From positions 1,632,001 through 1,696,000 of the forward strand of contig CAXXWQ010000004.1 of NCBI GenBank assembly GCA_963674945.2: DNA of 64,000 nucleotides, in the 5' to 3' direction. Shown one piece after another: positions 1 through 9,508 of this stretch. The position numbers and the translations under genes were made by a program. Origin of the DNA: an uncultured Desulfosarcina sp. (GTDB taxonomy: Bacteria; Desulfobacterota; Desulfobacteria; Desulfobacterales; Desulfosarcinaceae). A model generated the notes under the pieces. It made no database searches. It worked only from the letters and a program-made list of their open reading frames with translations, and was not told the origin of the DNA. How positions within the stretch are numbered: position 1 is the first letter of the stretch; every line of letters begins with the position of its first letter.

Positions 1-665
1 GATATGGCGCTGTCGATACGGTTGTTGTAAATTTCGCGAAGTGCTCGTTTGAACAAATATTTGTTGTGATAGAACGTATCTTCCGGAATTTTCTCGAAGT
101 GTTCATCCCCCCACTCGAAAAAGCCGTGCTCCCAGTCGTATTCCCCTTGGTAATAATTTATGAAGTCGGCAATATACCCTTCGAGAAAGCCGTAACTTTG
201 GTCGCACAATGCACGATCGACGATCATTTTCTTGTCATAGGGGCTGGTCCTTGTGATCTTTTCCAACAATTCCAGCACGTAGTTAACGATTTGGGGGTTT
301 GGCTTTCGGGTCACAAGATGGGTAAGCGAATCGACTGCGGCGTGGGTATATCCCAGCTTGTACAGGCTCATTCCAAAAAAGAACTCTGCCCATTCGTAAT
401 CTTGTACGTCCGGTGTACTGGCATTCAAAAACATTAAAAGTTCACTGGCCGCCTTCTCGTACTTTCTCTTGCTGTAATGATCGTACCCCAGCGCAAAAAG
501 CTGCCTGATGTCGCCCTCTTGAAGCTCAGATGGATCGGCCGCCACTGTATTCACTGTCTGATGATCGACCTCCGGTGAGAGCGTGTCGGTATCCGTGGTC
601 GACGCCCGGGATGATCCTATTGCGGACAACAATACCAAAAGCAGCGTTGCGATAATCTTTGCCAT
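1..665 (-). CDS. Secreted TPR-like protein, GltC-like (runs off the left edge of the window)
   Basis: Read by hand on the minus strand from ATG at 665: MAKIIATLLLVLLSAIG (signal peptide) ...LFALGYDHYSKRKYEKAASEL...AEFFFGMSLYKLGY (TPR-like helices); open to the window edge; follows the beta-barrel gene. Confidence 0.7.
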   Translation of the reverse strand, partial: MAKIIATLLLVLLSAIGSSRASTTDTDTLSPEVDHQTVNTVAADPSELQEGDIRQLFALGYDHYSKRKYEKAASELLMFLNASTPDVQDYEWAEFFFGMSLYKLGYTHAAVDSLTHLVTRKPNPQIVNYVLELLEKITRTSPYDKKMIVDRALCDQSYGFLEGYIADFINYYQGEYDWEHGFFEWGDEHFEKIPEDTFYHNKYLFKRALREIYNNRIDSAI

Positions 666-678
666 CGGTTTTATCCAA

Positions 679-1389
679 TCAGCCATCATTTAAAATTCTC
701 TTCAATTTTTTCACGGTTGGATCTTCTTTGACCTTTCTAGGCGCCAGATCGAATCGAAATCCGACGCCAAGACCAAAGTAGATATTATTCTCCGTCTCAT
801 CTTCCCTGAAGTTCATCAAATCACGGACTTCGACATTGAGGCACCATCTCTCAGACAAAAAGAATTTCATCCCGGCACCAAAACTTATGGAAAGTGCGTC
901 TTCGGTCTTTGTCTCGCCGGTGCTGTACTCCCACTCGTAACGAACGATACCCGGGCCTGCAAAGAAGCTGATTTCGTTATTGATTACACTATGGTTTCTG
1001 AATGCGTGTTTTCCGTACAACGGCTTGTAGACAAAATGCGTGTGGAGCATGTATCTTTGCTCCGGGAACAATTCCGGTTGAACGTTGAAGTCGTTTCGCA
1101 AGGTGGCTTTCAGGTCTTTGTCGCTATTGAACATATACTGGGCCCGGGCGACTTCCCATGCGATACCTTCGGTAAAGTGATATGTATAACCGAGACCGAT
1201 GGGGTACACATGAAAGAAGTCGTCATCGGCAATATACCCGACACTCAGGTCGAGTTCATGACTTCGATGAAACACCCGATTTTGCACAGCACTTACTTTT
1301 TCTTCGCCAGTAGCGGTTTCACACCAACCCAATTGACTGCCGAAGACAAGGGTGGTCAGAATAATTCCAATGACGACTCTTACATTCAT
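679..1389 (-). CDS. Outer-membrane beta-barrel protein, GltA/GltB-like
   Basis: Signal peptide, AVQNR motif, alternating beta-strand pattern, YKPLYGK, C-terminal GLGVGFRF; gene context. Confidence 0.8.
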   Translation of the reverse strand: MNVRVVIGIILTTLVFGSQLGWCETATGEEKVSAVQNRVFHRSHELDLSVGYIADDDFFHVYPIGLGYTYHFTEGIAWEVARAQYMFNSDKDLKATLRNDFNVQPELFPEQRYMLHTHFVYKPLYGKHAFRNHSVINNEISFFAGPGIVRYEWEYSTGETKTEDALSISFGAGMKFFLSERWCLNVEVRDLMNFREDETENNIYFGLGVGFRFDLAPRKVKEDPTVKKLKRILNDG

Positions 1390-1425
1390 TACCTTCTCCT
1401 ATACTCTCTTAACTTTGGTCGTGCG

Positions 1426-3870
1426 CTAAAAGGAAACCAGGTCGAATACGAACGGATAGCTGACGATCACCTCCGAACCAACCGGTTTCGGGAACTGCCA
1501 GGACTGAATCGCCGATTTGATGCAACCATGAATCTGGTTGGAGTTCACACTGGATGCGACGATCCGAATCTCCCCAACACGTCCATTTCTCATAATTTTC
1601 CACTCGAAAACGATTCGGCCCAAAATGGAGGGATTGGACATCAACGCGGTTTCGTAGCAGTATGTAATCTCATCCAGGTGCTGATCGATGACCCGTTTTA
1701 CCATCTCGCGACTCATGCCGCCTTCGATCTTGACGGTTCGATTCATCTTGGCCGTAACCATGGCCTGGACTTTTTTCTTTCCGGTGGTCCCACGCTCCAA
1801 TGCCGCGACCTCTCCTTTGCCGCGCGCACCACCACTGCGCAGAACTTGGGAGGATCCCTTGGTTTGAACGATCTGGCCGGTAGCCACCGAAATCTTGCCG
1901 TCGCCCAAGGCGCCTTTCAGGCCGCCAACGCTGAAGTTCTTTTCCGTGGCGCCGGGTACTGAGACGGCATCGAGATTGGTCACCGCCACCATCGCCTGGG
2001 AAGGATCGGATGCGGAAGCGGAGGTTCCCCCCAAAACACTCAACAAACCGGTTTGATTGATGTTTCGATTCTTTATGTTTCCCTTACCAAAACCACCGCC
2101 GGCTTTGGGATGCTTGCTATTCTGGCCTGCGACTGCCTTTTTGCCTATTTTTGCATTTTTCGTGTTTTTAACCGTAGTGTTGGCTTTTTGTTCGACTTTT
2201 TTTGCCGGTGGCGGCGCGACTTCCTTCTTCGCTTCTTGGGCAACCGGTTTCACAGGCGTCGGTTTCTTCGGTTCCGGCTTTATTTTCGGTTTCTCCATCT
2301 GCGCTAACATGGACTTATCAATCTTCACGAAGTGAAGTTCTTGCTTCTCGGGCTGGTGGGCCTGGAAAAAGGCGTGAATGGCGATCACCAGAAAAAACAT
2401 GAGATGCAGGCCCAACGAAGTTGCCCAGTGCTTCCATATCAATGTCTTTTCGGCCGGCGCGGCCTCCACCTGGGGACTTTGTGCATACGGAACCCGGTCG
2501 ATTCGGTATTGGCAGGCGCCATCATCGATGATCACGGCCCCATCGTCGGGAAGTGGAATTTCAAAGGCGGATCGATTCTTACGGCTTCGATAGGTTTCGG
2601 TCTTGTAATTATTTAAATCAGCAGTGATGACGCCAGAAGAATTCAATACAACGCCACCGAATGCCTCGGAAAAGATGACCACCTCTTGGTCATCGATGTA
2701 CCGGACCACATCCATCCGTCTGCCGCCAACTTCGACTGGATATGTTTGCCCATTGGTAATACAAGCCACATCGACCACGGCACTTCCCATGGTCTTTACG
2801 ACCTGCAGTTGAATCTTCGTTCGGTCTGTATTTTTAAAAGTTTCGATCGGAGACAGGATCTGATTCAGTGTGAATGGGGCATCCCAGATCTCTCCGTCCT
2901 CGTCCGCTTCCTCATCCACGGGGAAGTAATCCTGCGGAAAAGTGACGGATTCTTCTTTATTTTCGACAAAAGAAACAGTTTGATCGAAAGTGCTATTTGC
3001 CGAAGGAATTTGACTTTGGGTCTCGGTTGACACCGCTTCGGGTTCGGGGACTTGTATATGCCCGGCTTCCTCTAGCGAAACGGCTTGCACAGAATCGTTA
3101 CTTGTCGAATGATTTTCACTTTCGGTTACTGCCGCCGCCACTTCATTTTTGGCTACACTTTCATATTCGGGTACTGTTGAATGCGCCGTATTTTCCAATC
3201 CTTCCGCAGTCGTCTTCTGGCTGTCTTCTTCGGATGGCTTCACTTCTGTTGGAGGCGATGGCTGCTTCTCTTCCAGTTGTACATCACAGATGATGCCCGC
3301 TTTGAGCATGGCATTTTGGATTTGGGCGGCCTCGATTCCGCCCAATCCCTTTTTCACGACGACGTGTTCTTTTTCGACAAGTGGCAGTATCTTTTCCAGA
3401 TCGGTACGAAACATCTTGGACAAGTTTACCGCCGCCGTTTTCATCGCCGCTACGGAACCATATCGGTTCACCAGACGAACGGCATAGGAGGTTTTCTCAT
3501 TGTCCAAAGAACTGGCCGGACGTTCCTTCACCTGTACCTTCAATGCGAATGGACCGATGACGATCACATCCTCATGCTTGAGTTGTGCGGTGCGAACCGG
3601 CATTCCATTTAGACGAAGCCCATTTTGAGGGAACCGGTTTGTCAAGATTGCCTGTTCCCCTTGAAAATTCACGAGTGCATGAATGTCCGCGACAGACTGA
3701 TGATCCAGAAAAAGGTCCGCCTGCCTGCTGCGCCCGATGGTAATCTGATCTTTTTCGAATTTTCGTTCACTTACAAAATTGAGATTCTGATAGACTTGAA
3801 AATGGGTCATCGTCTGCGAACGTAACGATTCGGATTGGATTTGACCGAATTTTTCTTCTATATTCTTCAT
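1426..3870 (-). CDS. FHA-domain, single-TM, TonB-C (AgmX/PglI C-terminal) protein, GltG-like
   Basis: N-terminal FHA (ITIGR...S..HA...NG), TM at WATSLGLHLMFFLVIAI, Pro/Lys-rich linker, C-terminal ITYCYETAL...GRIVFEW...CI...WQFPKP...YPFVF. Confidence 0.85.
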   Translation of the reverse strand: MKNIEEKFGQIQSESLRSQTMTHFQVYQNLNFVSERKFEKDQITIGRSRQADLFLDHQSVADIHALVNFQGEQAILTNRFPQNGLRLNGMPVRTAQLKHEDVIVIGPFALKVQVKERPASSLDNEKTSYAVRLVNRYGSVAAMKTAAVNLSKMFRTDLEKILPLVEKEHVVVKKGLGGIEAAQIQNAMLKAGIICDVQLEEKQPSPPTEVKPSEEDSQKTTAEGLENTAHSTVPEYESVAKNEVAAAVTESENHSTSNDSVQAVSLEEAGHIQVPEPEAVSTETQSQIPSANSTFDQTVSFVENKEESVTFPQDYFPVDEEADEDGEIWDAPFTLNQILSPIETFKNTDRTKIQLQVVKTMGSAVVDVACITNGQTYPVEVGGRRMDVVRYIDDQEVVIFSEAFGGVVLNSSGVITADLNNYKTETYRSRKNRSAFEIPLPDDGAVIIDDGACQYRIDRVPYAQSPQVEAAPAEKTLIWKHWATSLGLHLMFFLVIAIHAFFQAHQPEKQELHFVKIDKSMLAQMEKPKIKPEPKKPTPVKPVAQEAKKEVAPPPAKKVEQKANTTVKNTKNAKIGKKAVAGQNSKHPKAGGGFGKGNIKNRNINQTGLLSVLGGTSASASDPSQAMVAVTNLDAVSVPGATEKNFSVGGLKGALGDGKISVATGQIVQTKGSSQVLRSGGARGKGEVAALERGTTGKKKVQAMVTAKMNRTVKIEGGMSREMVKRVIDQHLDEITYCYETALMSNPSILGRIVFEWKIMRNGRVGEIRIVASSVNSNQIHGCIKSAIQSWQFPKPVGSEVIVSYPFVFDLVSF

Positions 3871-3907
3871 CTCATTCTACCCGTTGATATTATTCATATT
3901 TGCCTAT

Positions 3908-4234
3908 TTACTTATTTTTCGACAATATCGTCTCATCGGGCAAACCATCGTCTCCCTTTGCGATGGCTGATGATTCCAAATCAAAGTCTTCTCTGATTTC
4001 GTTTCGATAGTTTTCCCGCACCTCGATCATATTTTTAATTTCGCTTTTTTTGCGATGCATCAGGTAAACTGCGCCGGACTTGATGCTCTGTCCGAGAATC
4101 TGTGCGTTTCCGAAATCAATTCGCTGCTGGAGGGCCTTTTGGTCACCACCTACAGCTATTGACATCGATGAGGCAAAAAAGATGAGGCAAAAATTAAAAT
4201 TGAGAAACACTTTTCGAAACATTGAAATATTCAT
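3908..4234 (-). CDS. Small exported protein, GltF/CglF-like
   Basis: Signal peptide followed by IDFGNAQILG...RKK...MIEVRENYRNEI, resembling GltF; position between tolR-like and gltG-like genes. Confidence 0.65.
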   Translation of the reverse strand: MNISMFRKVFLNFNFCLIFFASSMSIAVGGDQKALQQRIDFGNAQILGQSIKSGAVYLMHRKKSEIKNMIEVRENYRNEIREDFDLESSAIAKGDDGLPDETILSKNK

Positions 4235-4243
4235 ATCTGACCC

Positions 4244-4741
4244 TTATTTATTCTTCTCTTCAAGTACTCCAAACTGAAAATTCGGATACCCGGCCATTCC
4301 AGAGGTTTTAATTACGGAGTTAATTGTCTTGAATGAATGGGATTTGTCACACAGAAAAAGAACGTGTGGCTGTTCCTGTTTGTCATTCTCTTTTGCCTTC
4401 ATATCTGATCGGAATCTCTTCAGCCGCTTGAATAATTCAGAGGACTGCAGATCCTTTCCGGAAAGGCCCTCGATTTCTTCGTGATTTACCTTTGCCATCA
4501 CCTCGTCATTGATTCGAAGCTCGGTTTTGGTAAGGATAATTTTCAGGGCCTGCTGGTACTTTACTTCAGCAGTGGATCTTGGCAATTGCAGATCCTCACC
4601 AAGCTTTATTTTCTCTGGTGATTCAGAAAATGAAAAGAGAAGAAATATCAATATGATGGTAAACATATCCATCATCGATGTAAGCATGAGCTTTGGTGGA
4701 ACGAACGTTCTCGCTGATTTTCTTCGCCGACCTAAAGCCAC
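4244..4741 (-). CDS. ExbD/TolR family protein (AglS/AglQ-like)
   Basis: LMLTSMMDMFTIILIFLL TM with the conserved Asp; C-terminal DK...F..I..VI. Confidence 0.85.
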   Translation of the reverse strand: MALGRRRKSARTFVPPKLMLTSMMDMFTIILIFLLFSFSESPEKIKLGEDLQLPRSTAEVKYQQALKIILTKTELRINDEVMAKVNHEEIEGLSGKDLQSSELFKRLKRFRSDMKAKENDKQEQPHVLFLCDKSHSFKTINSVIKTSGMAGYPNFQFGVLEEKNK

Positions 4742-4752
4742 TTTCTTTCCTC

Positions 4753-5265
4753 CTAACCCAAGGATCCAGACAATACCACGTTTGGGAAAAGAACCTGTGA
4801 TTCATGCATGCGTGCACAATCCATGGCCTGTACGATTTCCCGGTAAGTCACCTCATTATCAGGAATCAGGATCATGGTGTCACTTGCCGGAAAACTTTTC
4901 TTTAATTTTTTCAAATAGCCCGCCACTTCGGATACGGCAAGGTCCCGTCCTTTTCCTCTTGGCAGAACCAATTCCTTTTCAGTGATCTGGATATCGTTCG
5001 GTGTATCGGAGAGGGTTGAGATTCGAACTTGATCCGATTTGATTTCAAGGACAACTGTAATTTTCTTCTGGAGCTCCTTGGCCGCCACCGACGCCGCAGG
5101 TGTATCTGCATGAACAGGAATGGAGGTGTTTATCGCCTTGATATGCAAAAAGGATACGGACGTCAGAAGAAACGGAATTAACACCATAAACAGGTTCATG
5201 ATGGGAATCATGTTTAGTTCCGGTTCTTCTTCGGGTGCTCGATTAAATCTACTGAATCGTGCCAT
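4753..5265 (-). CDS. ExbD/TolR family protein (AglQ/AglS-like)
   Basis: ELNMIPIMNLFMVLIPFLL TM; C-terminal PDNEVTYREIVQAMD. Confidence 0.85.
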   Translation of the reverse strand: MARFSRFNRAPEEEPELNMIPIMNLFMVLIPFLLTSVSFLHIKAINTSIPVHADTPAASVAAKELQKKITVVLEIKSDQVRISTLSDTPNDIQITEKELVLPRGKGRDLAVSEVAGYLKKLKKSFPASDTMILIPDNEVTYREIVQAMDCARMHESQVLFPNVVLSGSLG

Positions 5266-5893
5266 CTGGAATCCTCTTCTGTTTCATGGCGGAAAGCACG
5301 TTGGCAAGTCCCAAAGCTTTTTCTTCAATTTTATCAATTAAAAAATCGCCACGGTTGTTAAGCAGGTAAAAACCGCCAAGACACGGAATTGAAACCACCA
5401 GACCTGCCGCAGTGGTAAGCATTGCCATTGAAATACCGCTTGCGAGAACTTCTTGTTTCATTGCCTCATCTGCAGCACTAACACTTTGAAAAGCTGTAAT
5501 AAGCCCGAGAATTGTACCCAACAATCCGAGTAATGTTGCAATGTTGGCAAAAAGGGTTAACAAATTAACTCGAGATTTCACTCGGGGTAATTCTGAAACG
5601 ATCTTCTCTTCCATCGCACGTTCTATTTCCTGATCCTTTCGGTCTGCCTTTAACAGACCTGCTTTCAGAATATTTCCCAAAGGATGTTTTTTGATCTTGG
5701 AGCATTCGGCCAGAGCCGAATTGAAATCCATTTTTTCTAATGGAATGAGCACTCTTTTATAGGCACTGTCCATGTTAAGGCGCATCTGATAGTATAAGAA
5801 CGCTGCGCGTTCCACAAAAATTGCCATTGCAACGATTGAGACCCCTAAAATCACAAACATGAATGGTCCGCCATTGTTGAGTAAGGAAAACAA
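5249..5893 (-). CDS. MotA/TolQ/ExbB proton channel protein (AglR-like)
   Basis: ATLLGLLGTILGLITAF and GIS.AMLTTAAGL motifs; TTG start with GGAGG RBS. Confidence 0.92.
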   Translation of the reverse strand: MFSLLNNGGPFMFVILGVSIVAMAIFVERAAFLYYQMRLNMDSAYKRVLIPLEKMDFNSALAECSKIKKHPLGNILKAGLLKADRKDQEIERAMEEKIVSELPRVKSRVNLLTLFANIATLLGLLGTILGLITAFQSVSAADEAMKQEVLASGISMAMLTTAAGLVVSIPCLGGFYLLNNRGDFLIDKIEEKALGLANVLSAMKQKRIPDGTIQ

Positions 5894-6736
5894 GTTTTAC
5901 CTCCTTTGATGTTCGATCCTCAAATTTTCGTTACTATCGTTAACTCTGAAATTCTCAATATATGCCAAATTTATTGATAATTTGATTCCATGAGGTAGAA
6001 GGCAGATAGATAAAAGAAAAAGAGGAGGAATCAAATTTCTCTGTTCGCTTTTGCAGATATTATACCAACTTATTGAGAGCTCATTCTTTAACAGCGCTGA
6101 AAACACTAAAGTCAAATTATATCAATGACATGCAATTCTTTCACTGCATTTGATGAAAACTTTCAATCACCGAAGGTCTCACGTTTCATTTTCCCGAAAA
6201 TATACAGATTGCTTTTTTGTGTACTTATGTTGCCCTATGGAATCCGGCCATTTAACCCCGAAAATCATTGTTTTTCTTTTGCTATTCCAACCGGCAATGG
6301 TTCTTGATCGCGATATTCAGTTTCGGCGTGGCCAGATGAGCAAATTCGGAGCAACTCATGAAGATCATCATAAGTACCTATCCAGCCACTCGAAAGATAA
6401 GGAAAAAACGATTTTCTTCGTCTATATCTATAAGGAAATTTAGTGGTTCAATCCTGCATGAAGAGGATATCGGCCATTTGTCCCTATGCTAAAGAAAGGA
6501 ATTATGTGGATAAGAAAAAATGACGAGATATAACCGAAAATTACAGACGAATTTTCAGATGGATGTCGGATAGGTACGAATCGAGGAATACCTTCAAACC
6601 GTTTCTTTAATGTGATTACGGTGTAAAAATATACCGTTACCGTGTTCGCTTTTTATCAGGTATTAAATATGGAAATTAGCAAAGATTGCTAAAACTGTCG
6701 TGAAACCTCGCCCTCCTTTTTATAATCTTTAATCAT

Positions 6737-6997
6737 CTACCTGGACTTGGCAGATATGATGGGAGTATTGAAAATCAACGCTGACAGGTCGTTTTCCCGT
6801 GTTATATCAAGTTTCAGTTGGTCCTTGTCAATAACGAAATATCGTGAAATTACAGCGACAATCTCATTTTGCATATCTTTTAAGATGTCTTCGGAGACCT
6901 CTAAGCGATCATATACCAAGGCGAACTGCAGACGTTTCTTGGCCGTTTCCTTGCTGCCCCCCTTGGTAAAAAGTTTTTTCAAGAAATCATTTAGCAT
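6737..6997 (-). CDS. minE: Cell division topological specificity factor MinE
   Basis: AKKRLQFALVYDR; EIVAVISRY; downstream of minD. Confidence 0.95.
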   Translation of the reverse strand: MLNDFLKKLFTKGGSKETAKKRLQFALVYDRLEVSEDILKDMQNEIVAVISRYFVIDKDQLKLDITRENDLSALIFNTPIISAKSR

Positions 6998-7063
6998 TTC
7001 GTTTCCCCTGATCCGGTCAAACCGGATACGGCGATTATCAATTCCGTGGATAGCAAAGAGCCG

Positions 7064-7864
7064 CTATTTTCGTAAACCAATTTTTGCACCGATTCTCTTC
7101 CAGATGGATTTGGAGACACCCGGAATCTCGATGGGAAGGTCCGGCTGTCCGTTCAGTCGCATGGCGATGCGCTTGAAGGCTAAGCCTGCCTTGGATTCTT
7201 CATTCATCACGATGGGCATCCCGCTGTTGGTCGAAACCACCACCTGTTCATCCGCCTCCACCAATCCAACCAGATCGATGGACAATACGTCCACCACATC
7301 CTGGTGGCTGAGCATGTCTCCGCGCGCCACCATCGACGGAACGATGCGATTGACCACCAGCTTGGGAGGAATCTGCTTGGAGTACAAAAGACCGATCACC
7401 CGGTCCGCATCCCGGACGGACGACACTTCCGGTGTGCAGATCACCACCGCCTCGTCCGCCGCCGCAACGGCGTTGTCGAATCCCCGCTCGATACCGGCCG
7501 GACAATCCATGAGGATAAAGTCATAGGTCTTTTTCAGCTCCTTGGACAGATGGATCATGTCCTCGGGACGCAACGCATCCTTGTTGTCGCTCTGGGAGGC
7601 CGGTATTAGGAACAGCGTCTCGATTCGACGGCTCTTGATCGCTGCCTGATGAAGTTTACACTTGCCACGGATCACATCCACGATGTTGAACACCACCCGG
7701 TTTTCCAGTCCCATCACCACATCGAGGTTGCGAAGACCGATGTCCATGTCCACGACCGCTACTTTCTTGCCATCCATGGCCAGCGCCGCACCGATGGAGG
7801 CCGTCGCCGTGGTCTTGCCCACGCCGCCTTTGCCCGAGGATATGACGATTATTTTTCCTTCCAC
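7064..7864 (-). CDS. minD: Septum site-determining ATPase MinD
   Basis: SGKGGVGKTT, DIGLRNLD, DCPAGIE, PEVSSVRDADR. Confidence 0.97.
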   Translation of the reverse strand: MEGKIIVISSGKGGVGKTTATASIGAALAMDGKKVAVVDMDIGLRNLDVVMGLENRVVFNIVDVIRGKCKLHQAAIKSRRIETLFLIPASQSDNKDALRPEDMIHLSKELKKTYDFILMDCPAGIERGFDNAVAAADEAVVICTPEVSSVRDADRVIGLLYSKQIPPKLVVNRIVPSMVARGDMLSHQDVVDVLSIDLVGLVEADEQVVVSTNSGMPIVMNEESKAGLAFKRIAMRLNGQPDLPIEIPGVSKSIWKRIGAKIGLRK

Positions 7865-7949
7865 GATTCACCTCATTACCTTTTATGATGGAAGCTTCGC
7901 TTCTTTGATTTATCTTCGTTCCCAGGTGCACTGATTTGTTCTCGTCGGC

Positions 7950-8633
7950 TTACCGAATTTCGGGCCAAGGAAGCCGTTTGAACGGATTGGCGGCCAAATA
8001 ATCGTCCACAACGATACCACCATTTTCAAAATGGGCAAATTCTGGCACACCGGTATTGGTTGCAGGTAAACCGGCTGCAACGATACCACCGATGCTGACC
8101 TGCAAGGGACGAAAATCGAGTGCCAAAATAATGGCATCAAGATTATCCGGTTGACCGGCCGAAGCGGTTCCCAACAGACTCCCAAAGACCAGAATGTCTC
8201 CACCGGCAATCAGTTCACATCCGGGATTGACATCCCCCAAGATGACCAAGTGTTTTTTTGCCTGCACGCTCTGGCCCGAACGCACGCGACCGGAAAGGAT
8301 GAGACTATCGCTTCGATGTTGCGCAATGGCTGTTCGGGCATACTTTTTCATAGAAGTCTTTTCAAGCTTCCCATCTGTATTTTCTGGTGCGACAATCTCT
8401 TTCGGATGAAACACATCTTTCAGATAGGCACTGATTTGATGGTGGCGATCTTCATTGACCTGGCCGGGACCGGTATCCAGTACAACCCTGGTCGAAGCGG
8501 CCAGATGTTTTAATGGGTCGAAGAGTCTTACCAGTTCGTCTTTTATGCGATCAAACGGTGTATCGGGAGCGATGGTCACCCAGAGGCTGCTTCCAACACC
8601 TTTCATTCGTACAGCAGGAATTTGCTCTGTCAT
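7950..8633 (-). CDS. minC: Septum site-determining protein MinC
   Basis: VRSGQ...GDVNPG.E..AGG beta-helix. Confidence 0.93.
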   Translation of the reverse strand: MTEQIPAVRMKGVGSSLWVTIAPDTPFDRIKDELVRLFDPLKHLAASTRVVLDTGPGQVNEDRHHQISAYLKDVFHPKEIVAPENTDGKLEKTSMKKYARTAIAQHRSDSLILSGRVRSGQSVQAKKHLVILGDVNPGCELIAGGDILVFGSLLGTASAGQPDNLDAIILALDFRPLQVSIGGIVAAGLPATNTGVPEFAHFENGGIVVDDYLAANPFKRLPWPEIR

Positions 8634-8738
8634 TTACGCATGTTTTAAAATCTTGGGTTTATGGTGTTGTGAAATATTACAGCCGTAGACGAGCCGAGTG
8701 CAGGCCATGCGGTTTGATCGCATTGGCCGTTTACCGGC

Positions 8739-8767
8739 ACAATACTGAAACATATATAGTGTGTCAA
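8739..8767 (-). promoter_or_regulatory. Sigma70-type promoter for minCDE
   Basis: Minus strand TTGACA-17 bp-TATTGT. Confidence 0.55.
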
Positions 8768-8794
8768 GCATGAAAACACATCAACATATGGTAT
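8747..8794 (-). promoter_or_regulatory. Tandem NrdR-box-like operators
   Basis: Minus strand ATACCATATGTTGATG (8779-8794) and ACACTATATATGTTTC (8747-8762), starts 32 bp apart. Confidence 0.45.
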
Positions 8795-8869
8795 CCGCAT
8801 TGGATCTGTAGGTGTTATGCATGGAGCCGGGGGGATTGAATACTTCGGTGCGATAAAATAGAGAACCAG

Positions 8870-9121
8870 TCACAGGGAAAAACGAAAAACAAGCCAGGCG
8901 ACGATGGACCAGAACAAAATGGCGAAGGGCAATATAAATATAAAACCTTCGAAAAATCGATTCCTTTCGATGACATTCTCTGTGAGATCCTCTCGTTTCA
9001 ATCCGTTTTGAACTGGGAACTCATGCTCAGCAGTTGTTTCGGGGGGAAGTGGCAATACGCTGTGTTTCGAGTCGATGGAAACCGTTTCACAATACTGGTG
9101 TACATTTTCTCGGATCCACAT
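8870..9121 (-). CDS. Small hypothetical protein with a C-terminal TM helix
   Basis: AGGAGG RBS 7 nt upstream; hydrophobic C-terminus; sigma54-like promoter upstream. Confidence 0.65.
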   Translation of the reverse strand: MWIRENVHQYCETVSIDSKHSVLPLPPETTAEHEFPVQNGLKREDLTENVIERNRFFEGFIFILPFAILFWSIVAWLVFRFSL

Positions 9122-9165
9122 TGTACATCCTCCTTAAGGTATTCAATGGCGTGCAATAAAAAGTA

Positions 9166-9182
9166 TGCAAAATGTGATCCAA
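9166..9182 (-). promoter_or_regulatory. Sigma54 (-24/-12) promoter
   Basis: Minus strand TTGGATCACATTTTGCA: GG-N10-GC. Confidence 0.55.
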
Positions 9183-9307
9183 ATTAATATTTAGAATAAA
9201 AACTATTTGTTATCCATTTTATTAAAACGGGATTGATGGGAAAAGGGAAAATATGAGCAATAAGTCGACGCTTTTTTTCACTTCTGGCCCGAAGGGCTTC
9301 CCCCAAA

Positions 9308-9339
9308 CAAAAAAGCTGCAACCCGTTAGGATTGCAGCC
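9308..9339 (-). terminator. Rho-independent terminator after tRNA-Met
   Basis: gctgcaacc/ggattgcagc stem with an adjacent A-run (U-tract on the minus strand). Confidence 0.7.
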
Positions 9340-9351
9340 TTGTTATTCTAT

Positions 9352-9428
9352 TGGTGGCGATGCAGGGACTTGAACCCCGGACTCTGCGGATATGAGCCGC
9401 ATGCTCTAACCAGCTGAGCTACATCGCC
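9352..9428 (-). tRNA. tRNA-Met(CAT), probably elongator
   Basis: GGCGATGTAGCTCAGCTGGTTAGAGCATGCGGCTCATATCCGCAGAGTCCGGGGTTCAAGTCCCTGCATCGCCACCA; full cloverleaf with encoded CCA. Confidence 0.95.
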
Positions 9429-9508
9429 ATTGCTCTTCTTGGTCGCCAAAAAGAACAGACGACTCCTAACAGTTCAATGAAAGTTAGTCAAGTGTGAAAA
9501 CGGTGCCT

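Noticed and set aside
5894..6736. 840-bp AT-rich gap with short ORFs
   Set aside because: No RBS-supported ORF, repeat or structure recognised; probably regulatory DNA
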